In this document: positions 49,444 to 57,512 of the stretch, in pieces
Numbering within the stretch: position 1 is the first letter of the stretch
How the letters are laid out: each line of letters starts with the position of its first letter
DNA from: Waddliaceae bacterium
Lineage (GTDB): Bacteria; Chlamydiota; Chlamydiia; Chlamydiales; SLOH01
Assembly: GCA_040880105.1 (NCBI GenBank)
Contig: JBBDJA010000010.1
Location: 32,001-96,000 of the forward strand
Reading direction: 5' to 3'
Length of the DNA: 64,000 bases
Made by a program: the position numbers and the translations under genes
The notes under the pieces: generated by a model
Told to the model about the DNA's origin: nothing
The model's database searches: none
The model's input: only the letters and a program-made list of their open reading frames with translations

Positions 49444-50795
49444 CAACACAGTCTCCTTTTGAATGGCAAAGACATCCGAAGGCTGAACAATTAATTATGA
49501 ACGCGCTTGAATCTGCTTGCGAGCAAAATTCAATGATTGAGAGCTTAAGGGAAGATCTTCTCAATTTTACAAGTACGAGATTATTTGATTGGGCCGATCA
49601 TATTACACTTGGTTATTCTCCCCAATTGGAACAAGATTTAATCGAATTTGGATTTGAAGCGGTGCATGCGTCTGCTGATTATCGTGTGTTTGCCCATCCG
49701 GGAGCGCAGCTTCCCCGGGTCGTTGTGTATGATCATGATGAACCTGTGAGAGGAGTGGCGATTACTGTAGACAGTATTGCGGATTTCTTGATGGTCCGCG
49801 GGATCCATGCCATTATTGAAGGAATCCCATATAGCGGCTATCGACGCTCGAGGGTTTCAGATGAAAATGGTGTTGAACTTTTAATTGTTGAGCGGCGCGG
49901 CACTCAGACGCTCGAACCTACCTACCCGGACTCCGATTATGTTGAAAAGTATCTGGATGCGCTTGAAAAATGGCAAACGCGTCCAAGATCACTTGACGAT
50001 GAAGATCTTGCAATGGAGCAAACCTTAACAATTGCAGAGGATCTTGTTAGAACACTTGGCAAAGACTTGGCGGCATGGGTAGTAATGGAGGGAGAGCGTA
50101 AATATTGGCAATCAAGGAATTTTGCAGCTCAGCTCCAAAAGAATCGCCAAGATAAGCTCGGAATGGGATGGGCCAACCACGATCATCATACTTTTCGCTC
50201 GTCCAGACGACAATTCACTCACCTCATTCGACTTCTTGAAATGCTCGGTTTTCACTGCCGAGAGAGATACTACGCCGGACAACAAGGGGGATGGGGAGCG
50301 CAAATAATGGAAAACTCCCGATGCGGGCTTGTATGTTTTTGTGACCTGGATCTCTCTCCCGAAGAGGTTGAGATTGATTTTGCTCATCACCCACTTCCTG
50401 AGCTTTCAAAACTAGCAACGGTGGGTCTGTGGTGTGAATTACATGGAGACTCTATACTAAATGCCGGAATGCATCATCTAGAGGCGCAATTTATGTTTAG
50501 CGAACTTAAAGATGATTTAGATCATTTAGGGGTTGCTATGATGGAACCTTTCAGTGACTTCCCTTACCTTAAACAGGCATTTACGTCCGGAGAACTTTGG
50601 CAAGTCGCTCCGAGCCGAGTCAATCGTTTGCTCCAGCAAGGAAAAATTACGCATCAAGAAGCTGATAAGTTTATCTCTTACGGCGCTGTGGGCAGCCATT
50701 TGGAGAACCTACAAAGGCGCGAGGGATACAAGGGATTTAATCAGAAAAATGTCAGTTATATCATTAAAAAGACAGATCCAAGAACTTTAGAGTAG
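49440..50795 (+). CDS. Hypothetical metalloenzyme, possibly a VOC-fold Fe(II) dioxygenase (HPPD/HglS-like)
   Basis: NHDHHTFRS, GMHHLE, HLENLQR..YKGFN; ATGA overlap with the ATP-grasp gene; the ORF is secure, the function is inferred. Confidence 0.6.
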   Translation: MTTQSPFEWQRHPKAEQLIMNALESACEQNSMIESLREDLLNFTSTRLFDWADHITLGYSPQLEQDLIEFGFEAVHASADYRVFAHPGAQLPRVVVYDHDEPVRGVAITVDSIADFLMVRGIHAIIEGIPYSGYRRSRVSDENGVELLIVERRGTQTLEPTYPDSDYVEKYLDALEKWQTRPRSLDDEDLAMEQTLTIAEDLVRTLGKDLAAWVVMEGERKYWQSRNFAAQLQKNRQDKLGMGWANHDHHTFRSSRRQFTHLIRLLEMLGFHCRERYYAGQQGGWGAQIMENSRCGLVCFCDLDLSPEEVEIDFAHHPLPELSKLATVGLWCELHGDSILNAGMHHLEAQFMFSELKDDLDHLGVAMMEPFSDFPYLKQAFTSGELWQVAPSRVNRLLQQGKITHQEADKFISYGAVGSHLENLQRREGYKGFNQKNVSYIIKKTDPRTLE

Positions 50796-51183
50796 CTTAC
50801 TTGAAAACCGCATGGACTCTCTAATAGTGACAGTTGCTATCTCAATCGACTACAAGAAACTTTAGAATAAGTCAGATTGCAAGGTTTAGCCGCATATTAC
50901 TGAAATTTAAAAACTCACTCGTTCAATTTACAAGTGGTAACGCTCGATTACTTTTGCTAAAAATACGGGAAAAATTCACAAAAAAAAATTAGACAGACCC
51001 GCCATATTTAGAGTTTATTCAATTAATTCTTTCAAACTTTCAGCTGCAGAGCGTTCCTATCCCTTGATAAAAAATTAGTTCATTCGTTAATATTTGCCCA
51101 TGTTTTATTCTTTTTTTTATCAAAAGCTCCTTTTTTCTCTTCTAAAAAGTTAGTTTCAATTTTATATCTGTGGAGTTTAAGAA

Positions 51184-52644
51184 ATGTCTCAAGTAGAAAC
51201 GCAAAAATGGAGAAGCTCGGCCGGGTATATATGGTCAATGCTGGGTTCGGCAATAGGATTTGCTAATCTCCTGGGTTTTGGATCTCAAAGCTACAAAAAC
51301 GGTGGTGGGGCATTTTTAATACCCTTTTTTATCGCACTATTTATCCTTGGCATCCCCATGCTGATGCTCGAGGGAATTATCGGGCAAAAAAGAGAAGAAC
51401 CGCTCGTTACAGCTTACGGTCGTGTCATGGGGAGACCTGCAAAAATCCTAGGCTGGCTTGCTGTCTTTGCAGTTATGACAATCGGCGCTTTCTATACTGT
51501 TTTGACCGGATGGTCCATTGCGTATACATATTTTGCAGCTACAGGTGGAATTGGAGCGGATACAGCCGCGTTCTTTTCGCAGGAATTTCTTAAAGTTACC
51601 CCTAGTTTATCTGAAATTGGGGGCATTTCATACCCTGTCATTATCTCTACTTTGTTTGTTGGGTGTTTAGGATGGTATGTCCTTTCGCGCAATATTCAAT
51701 CGGGAATCGAGAAGTGGTGTAGCATTTTTCTTCCACTTTTAATCGGCTTAATTATTGTCTTTACTGCAGTTGTTTGTTTCCTCCCTGGCTCTTTTGACGG
51801 GTTTTACCATTACTTATATCCTGACTTCACAAGACTCTACGATTTGACAATATGGCGAGATGTCTTCGGACAGCTCTTTTTTAGCCTCTCTTTAGGTTTG
51901 GGAATTGTTGTGGGTTACTCGCGTCACACCGAAAAAAAGACAGACATCCGTCAAGCGATGCTGATTGTTGCGCTATCGGATTTTGCGATCTCATTTTTAA
52001 GCGGTCTTATGATCTTCGGCTGTCTTGGATTTATGTCTCAGCAGCAAGATGTTGCCTTCAATGAGGTGGTGACGTCTCATTCCACTTTTGAAATCGGCTA
52101 TGTCATCTTCCCATTAATCTTAAATAGCTTTGGACCCATTTTTTCAAGAGTGATTGGTGTTTTGTTCTTTTTTTCCGTTTTCATTGCAGGTTTTACCGGC
52201 GTTTTTTCAATTATTGAAAGTATTGTCGGGAACTTAAGAGTAGAGTTCTCTCTTTCAAGAAAAATGGCAGCGACAGTTGCGATGATTGTTATTTTTATCC
52301 TCTCCATCCCGTTTTGCATGGGAAATGGCACCGCACTGATCGCAGCTCTTGAGCCTATGGTTTTGGGGAATAACATGCTAATCGGTGCCATTGCACAAAT
52401 CATTGTCTTTATGTATGTAAGTTCCGAATTTCGAGACCATCCCATATGGATGAAAGGTGGTCGAAGAGTCCCGGCATTTTATGCATTGAAATACGTCTCA
52501 CTTGCGATTTTAATTTTCAGCTTGCTCTTTTCTATACGCAGCGAGTATTTGAGTGGTTTTGGTCTTGCAGAAGCTATTCGCTTTGGTTGGCTTGCAATTG
52601 CACTCTGTTTAGCTGCAATTCTTTCATTGAAAAATCCAAGATAG
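51184..52644 (+). CDS. Sodium-dependent transporter, NSS/SNF family
   Basis: GSAIG, NGGGAFLIPF, GIEK, QLFFSLSLGLG; about 12 TM segments. Confidence 0.93.
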   Translation: MSQVETQKWRSSAGYIWSMLGSAIGFANLLGFGSQSYKNGGGAFLIPFFIALFILGIPMLMLEGIIGQKREEPLVTAYGRVMGRPAKILGWLAVFAVMTIGAFYTVLTGWSIAYTYFAATGGIGADTAAFFSQEFLKVTPSLSEIGGISYPVIISTLFVGCLGWYVLSRNIQSGIEKWCSIFLPLLIGLIIVFTAVVCFLPGSFDGFYHYLYPDFTRLYDLTIWRDVFGQLFFSLSLGLGIVVGYSRHTEKKTDIRQAMLIVALSDFAISFLSGLMIFGCLGFMSQQQDVAFNEVVTSHSTFEIGYVIFPLILNSFGPIFSRVIGVLFFFSVFIAGFTGVFSIIESIVGNLRVEFSLSRKMAATVAMIVIFILSIPFCMGNGTALIAALEPMVLGNNMLIGAIAQIIVFMYVSSEFRDHPIWMKGGRRVPAFYALKYVSLAILIFSLLFSIRSEYLSGFGLAEAIRFGWLAIALCLAAILSLKNPR

Positions 52645-52695
52645 GTTTCAATTTTCTGCGCATTGCTGTATAATTTCTTCAAAAAGGAGAGAAAT

Positions 52696-53346
52696 ATGGC
52701 AGTGCGTGATCGTATGTATGAATTGACAACACCTGAAGAGGTCGATGCATTTTTTAAAAAATATCCGACCTGTGTTTTTTTTAAAGCAGGCTCTTGCCAT
52801 AAAACAACACATGGATTTGGTTTTGTTGAAAGCGCTTTAAAAGGAAGAAAGGATCTACACTTGGGCGTGGTTCGAGTCATTGAAAACAGACCTGCCTCTA
52901 ACTATATTACTGAGATTACAGGTATTACCCATCAATCCCCGCAATTTATCCTCATGAAAGAGGGCGCGCCAGTTTTTGATCTCGATAACTGGGATATTAC
53001 ACTTGAAGCGCTTGGTCTTGGTCTAAATCAACATCACGGAGTCGTTGAACACGAAGAGGAGACAGCACATAAGGGCGATATTTCACCTTATGTCACTTTA
53101 CTTGAAGAGTTTGTAGGTGGTCAAATATCGGAAAAAGAGTTTGAGCTGCGTTGGCTTGAAACATTTCGCGTTGATTCCAGCCTTCGCTCTGCAGAAGAAT
53201 TTAACTTACTCAATCGCCTATATGGGGATGTGGATGAGATGATTGTTCATGCGTGTTCAACGGATCTTACAGTCGGAGATACATCGCTATTTGAAAGGGC
53301 AGAAGCTCTCCTTAACGAACTTCGCTCTAGACATTTGCCAGCTTAA
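52696..53346 (+). CDS. BrxC/YtxJ-like monothiol redoxin with an extra C-terminal helical domain
   Basis: FFKAGSCHKT, VIENRPASNYI...GITHQSPQ; AAGGAG RBS before ATG 52696. Confidence 0.8.
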   Translation: MAVRDRMYELTTPEEVDAFFKKYPTCVFFKAGSCHKTTHGFGFVESALKGRKDLHLGVVRVIENRPASNYITEITGITHQSPQFILMKEGAPVFDLDNWDITLEALGLGLNQHHGVVEHEEETAHKGDISPYVTLLEEFVGGQISEKEFELRWLETFRVDSSLRSAEEFNLLNRLYGDVDEMIVHACSTDLTVGDTSLFERAEALLNELRSRHLPA

Positions 53347-53372
53347 TCAATAGTTCGTACAATGCATTTAAA

Positions 53373-53392
53373 ACCCCGATTTTCATCGGGGT
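53373..53392 (+). terminator. Hairpin between the redoxin gene and pdhA
   Basis: ACCCCGAT-TTTC-ATCGGGGT. Confidence 0.5.
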
Positions 53393-53409
53393 CATTAAGA
53401 AAGGGTGCT

Positions 53410-54423
53410 TTGAAAAAATATCAACGAAATTACTTTTCCTTCGATCCAGAGGCTGTTCTTAACACGATCGGTCAAGATGCGCTTCTACAATCTCTTAGAA
53501 AGATGCTACTCATTCGGAATTTTGAAATTCGGGCTGAGGCAAGCTATCTTCAGGGTAAAATTGGCGGTTTTTTTCACTCTTACATCGGTCAAGAAGCGAT
53601 CCAAACAGCTGCAGTTGATGTGATGGGTCAAGAGCAGTGGTGGGCCACTTCCTATCGTTGCCATGCGCTTGCGCTTCTTCTTGGAGTATCGCCTGAAAGT
53701 GCGATGGCTGAACTTTTTGGACGAAAAACCGGTAATGCAAAAGGACGCGGCGGTTCGATGCACTTTTATACCGACCGGATGTTGGGTGGGTTCGGAATTG
53801 TAACCGGACAAGTTCCAATGGCTACCGGAGCTGCGTTTTCTATCAAATATCAAGGAATTAATGATCAAGTTGCCGTTTGCTTTTTAGGAGATGGTGCAGT
53901 CGCTCAAGGAGCCTTCCATGAGTCTTTAAATTTAGCTTCTTTATGGGATCTCCCGATTATTTATGTGATTGAAAATAATCAATGGGGAATGGGCACAGGA
54001 GTTGAGCGTGCAGTTGCTGCCAAACACCTTGCGGAAGAAATAGCCCCGACCTATCGCATGAAGGGGTATTCTCTTGACGGGATGGATTACTTAAGCTGCT
54101 ATTCCGGGTTTTCACATATTTACAAAGAGACACTTGAGACAAAGCGCCCGGTTTTGGTTGAAGCCGTATGTGAGAGATTTAAAGGGCACTCTATTTCAGA
54201 TCCCGGATTGTATCGATCCAAAGAGGAGCTAAAAAAGGACATGCAGCACGACCCGCTTTTACAACTAAAGGATCATCTTGAAAAAAGGCAGTGGCTAACA
54301 GAAGAGCAGTACAAAGAGATCGATAAAGAAATTAAGGAAAAAATCGTATCAGCGATCAAATATGCCGATGATCAGCCGTGGCCGGACCCGGCCACTCTTG
54401 AAGAGGGAGTCTTTGCGCCATGA
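53410..54423 (+). CDS. pdhA: Pyruvate dehydrogenase E1 alpha (start TTG 53410, or ATG 53362)
   Basis: GKIGGFFHSYIGQEA, GRGGSMH, GDGA..NN TPP motif, GHSISDP. Confidence 0.97.
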   Translation: MKKYQRNYFSFDPEAVLNTIGQDALLQSLRKMLLIRNFEIRAEASYLQGKIGGFFHSYIGQEAIQTAAVDVMGQEQWWATSYRCHALALLLGVSPESAMAELFGRKTGNAKGRGGSMHFYTDRMLGGFGIVTGQVPMATGAAFSIKYQGINDQVAVCFLGDGAVAQGAFHESLNLASLWDLPIIYVIENNQWGMGTGVERAVAAKHLAEEIAPTYRMKGYSLDGMDYLSCYSGFSHIYKETLETKRPVLVEAVCERFKGHSISDPGLYRSKEELKKDMQHDPLLQLKDHLEKRQWLTEEQYKEIDKEIKEKIVSAIKYADDQPWPDPATLEEGVFAP

Positions 54424-55409
54424 ATACCCAGACTATAGAAATCCGAGAAGCCATTCGCCAAGCGATTGATGAGGAGATGGCGCGTGATGATAAAGTATTT
54501 GTCATGGGCGAAGAGGTCGGACAATACAATGGAGCCTATAAAATCACAAAAGGCTTACTCGACAAATGGGGCCCCGAACGTATCGTAGACACCCCAATTT
54601 CAGAGCTTGGGTTTGCCGGAGTCGGTATCGGAGCTGCCATGTGCGGCCTTAGGCCCATAGTTGAATTCATGAGTTTTAATTTCTCATTTGTTGCAGCCGA
54701 TCAATTAATCTCAAATGCTCCCAAAATGTATTACATGTCCGGAGAGCGCTTTTCAGTCCCGATTGTATTTCGCGGCCCAAATGGCGCTGCGGCTCAAGTC
54801 TCTTGTCAACACTCGCACTGTGTGGAGGCAATTTACAGCAATATCCCAGGGTTAATTGTAATAGCTCCAAGTAATGCCTATGATTATAAAGGGCTGTTAA
54901 AATCAGCAATTCGGAATAACAACCCTGTGCTATTTCTTGAGTGCGAACTTGATTATGGCAAAAAAATGGAGATCCCGACAGATGAGTACTTAGTGCCAAT
55001 CGGAAAGGCCAAGGTGGTTCAAGAGGGAAGTGACATTACGATTGTCTCCCATGGAAGCGTTGTAAAAGTCTGTTTAGATGCCGCAAAAGAACTTGCAAAA
55101 AGAGGGGTAAAGGCAGAAGTAATAGATCTTCGCACCATAAAGCCCTTAGATATTGCTACCGTGGCGCAGTCGATTCGGAAAACAAACCGCGCAGTCCTTG
55201 TTGAAGAGGGCCATATCTTTACAGGTATCAGCGCTGAGGTCGGTTTCCAAGTTATGGAGCACTGCTTTGACTTTCTCGATGCTCCATTGTATCGAGTATG
55301 TCAGCGTGAAACGCCGATGCCATATTCGGTACCCCTAGAACACGCCACGCTCCCAAATGTCAAGCGCATTCTTTCTCAAGCACTAAAATGCATGGGAATC
55401 CCTGAGTAG
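54420..55409 (+). CDS. pdhB: Pyruvate dehydrogenase E1 beta
   Basis: MGEEVG.Y.GAYK, DTPISE, EFMSFNF, IDLRTIKPLD. Confidence 0.98.
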   Translation: MNTQTIEIREAIRQAIDEEMARDDKVFVMGEEVGQYNGAYKITKGLLDKWGPERIVDTPISELGFAGVGIGAAMCGLRPIVEFMSFNFSFVAADQLISNAPKMYYMSGERFSVPIVFRGPNGAAAQVSCQHSHCVEAIYSNIPGLIVIAPSNAYDYKGLLKSAIRNNNPVLFLECELDYGKKMEIPTDEYLVPIGKAKVVQEGSDITIVSHGSVVKVCLDAAKELAKRGVKAEVIDLRTIKPLDIATVAQSIRKTNRAVLVEEGHIFTGISAEVGFQVMEHCFDFLDAPLYRVCQRETPMPYSVPLEHATLPNVKRILSQALKCMGIPE

Positions 55410-55534
55410 GGCGAATAAAATGCTTAAAAGTCTCATTTTTATCAGGGCTTCATTTCCTGATTTTATAAGAGTAAAAAAAAGTGGAAAATAACGCGAGCTG
55501 ACGCTAAGATTGCCTTTCAAACAGGAGAGAACGT

Positions 55535-56827
55535 ATGCCCTTTACAGTGACGATGCCAAAGCTTTCACCCACGATGGAAAAGGGTGTCATTGTAAAATGG
55601 CATAAAAAAGAAGGCGAGTATGTCGAGTCCGGCGATCTATTAATTGAGATTAGTACAGATAAAGCAACCGTTGAACATGAGGCGCTTGATCCCGGCTGGC
55701 TTAAGAAAATCGTTCGCAAAGAAGGCGATGAGGCAAACGTGAATGACCCGCTTGCTATCTTTACTGAAGAAAAAGATCAGTCCATTGAAAATTATGAGTA
55801 TCAAAGCGTCCAGACAAAACAAGAGAAAGTAGAAGAAAAAGAGGCGAGTGAAGGGGAAGTACCTTCACCTAAAAAGCAAAAGGAAACCGTTGGCTTGCAG
55901 CAACCTGCTTTTGTTCCGGAAGCCCCGCTAGAAGAGTACCAATTTGCCTTCCCAAGAGAACAGATTCAAGATCGTATCAAAGCATCCCCGCTCGCACGTA
56001 AAATTGCAGAAGAAAAGGGACTTGACCTGACATCCGTAAAGGGGACCGGACCGGGAGGAAGAGTCGTTGAAAAAGATCTTTCGAAGGCACAAACGCTTGG
56101 CCCGGCGCAGTTTAATAGAAAAGAAATTCCAACAATTCCACCCGGCACCTTTAAAGAAGAACCTCTATCACAGATACGAAAAGTAGTAGCCGAGCGATTA
56201 CAAAGCTCAAAGACCTTTATCCCACATTTTTACGTCCACCAGACAGTAGATGCAAGCGGCTTGGTTCAACTGTATCAACAGCTAAAAGAGCTTGGAATTA
56301 AGGTTACCTATAATGATCTTGTTGTCCGCGCGTGCGCGCTTGCTTTGCGCGAGTTTCCTGAAGTCAATTCCGGTTACAACAGTGTGAATCAAACCTTTAT
56401 TCGGTATCAAACAGTAGATATTTCTGTTGCCGTTGATACGCCTGAGGGATTAATCACCCCGATTATCCGCCATGCCGATTATAAAAATCTTGCTGAAATT
56501 TCGGCGGAGACAAAAGAGCTTGCGTTGCGGGCACGGGCTGGAAGTTTGAAACTTCATGAGTTTAAAGGCGGTTCATTTTCTGTATCCAACCTTGGGATGT
56601 TTGGGGTCAGTTCTTTTGAAGCTGTGATCAACCCACCGCAAGCAGCAATCTGCGCAGTTGGCGGTATAGAAGAGACTCCTGTTGTAAAAGACGGAAGTAT
56701 TATACCTGGAAAAACGCTAAAGCTCTCATTCTCTTTCGATCATCGTGTCATCGACGGCGCTCTTGGAGCTAAATTTGTTAAAGCCGTCCAGCGTTTGATT
56801 GAACAGCCGATTACATTGGCAATATGA
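55535..56827 (+). CDS. pdhC: Pyruvate dehydrogenase E2 dihydrolipoamide acetyltransferase
   Basis: Lipoyl domain STDKA, ASPLARKIA, DHRVIDGA. Confidence 0.98.
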   Translation: MPFTVTMPKLSPTMEKGVIVKWHKKEGEYVESGDLLIEISTDKATVEHEALDPGWLKKIVRKEGDEANVNDPLAIFTEEKDQSIENYEYQSVQTKQEKVEEKEASEGEVPSPKKQKETVGLQQPAFVPEAPLEEYQFAFPREQIQDRIKASPLARKIAEEKGLDLTSVKGTGPGGRVVEKDLSKAQTLGPAQFNRKEIPTIPPGTFKEEPLSQIRKVVAERLQSSKTFIPHFYVHQTVDASGLVQLYQQLKELGIKVTYNDLVVRACALALREFPEVNSGYNSVNQTFIRYQTVDISVAVDTPEGLITPIIRHADYKNLAEISAETKELALRARAGSLKLHEFKGGSFSVSNLGMFGVSSFEAVINPPQAAICAVGGIEETPVVKDGSIIPGKTLKLSFSFDHRVIDGALGAKFVKAVQRLIEQPITLAI

Positions 56828-56859
56828 AAAATTGAACCATTCTGTATATAATCTAGCGT

Positions 56860-57456
56860 ATGAAATATCCAAATCACCTTCTTCAAATTATTGATGTACT
56901 GAAATTTTTTCCGGGCGTGGGTGGGAAAACCGCTGAGCGCTACGCGTTCGATCTTCTGGAATGGAGCCCTGAGCACCTAAAACGTCTCACACAAGCTGTT
57001 AAAGAGATTCCCGAAAAGTTAAAGTCATGCAGTGAGTGCTCCGCTTTGATTAGTGAAAATGAATGCCCATATTGCACTGAAGAGCGTCAATCCACAAAAA
57101 ATATCTGTGTGATCGCAACAAAGCGCGATCTGTTTTCAATCGAACAAACAGGGGAGTACAACGGGCTCTACCATGTACTTGGCGGCTTGCTTTCTCCACT
57201 TGAGGGGATTGGTCCTGAGGCAATTGCCTTGAAACAGCTGCGTAAGCGTATTTTTGACTACCAACTTTCTGAAGTTGTTATCGCCTTAGACTCAACGCTA
57301 GAAGGCGATGCGACAGCTCTATATATCAAGGAAGAACTTTCAGATCTTTCAGTAAAATTTTCACGGATTGCCTTTGGTGTGCCTATGGGAAGTTCTCTTG
57401 ATTATGTGGACGGGGGAACATTAGCGAGAGCTTTTTCCGGAAGAAGACAATTTTAG
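56860..57456 (+). CDS. recR: Recombination mediator RecR
   Basis: PGVGGKTAER, C4 Zn finger, YHVLGG.LSPL.GIGP, EGDATA. Confidence 0.98.
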   Translation: MKYPNHLLQIIDVLKFFPGVGGKTAERYAFDLLEWSPEHLKRLTQAVKEIPEKLKSCSECSALISENECPYCTEERQSTKNICVIATKRDLFSIEQTGEYNGLYHVLGGLLSPLEGIGPEAIALKQLRKRIFDYQLSEVVIALDSTLEGDATALYIKEELSDLSVKFSRIAFGVPMGSSLDYVDGGTLARAFSGRRQF

Positions 57457-57512
57457 ATTTGCTCTATTCAGTACGATCCTCTATACTTCTGTGCTTTCTG
57501 GGGAATGATAAT

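Noticed and set aside
50788..50946. Possible decayed element ends after the dioxygenase-like gene (ACTTGAAAA / TTTACAAGT)
   Set aside because: The match is short and no second copy is visible in the window.
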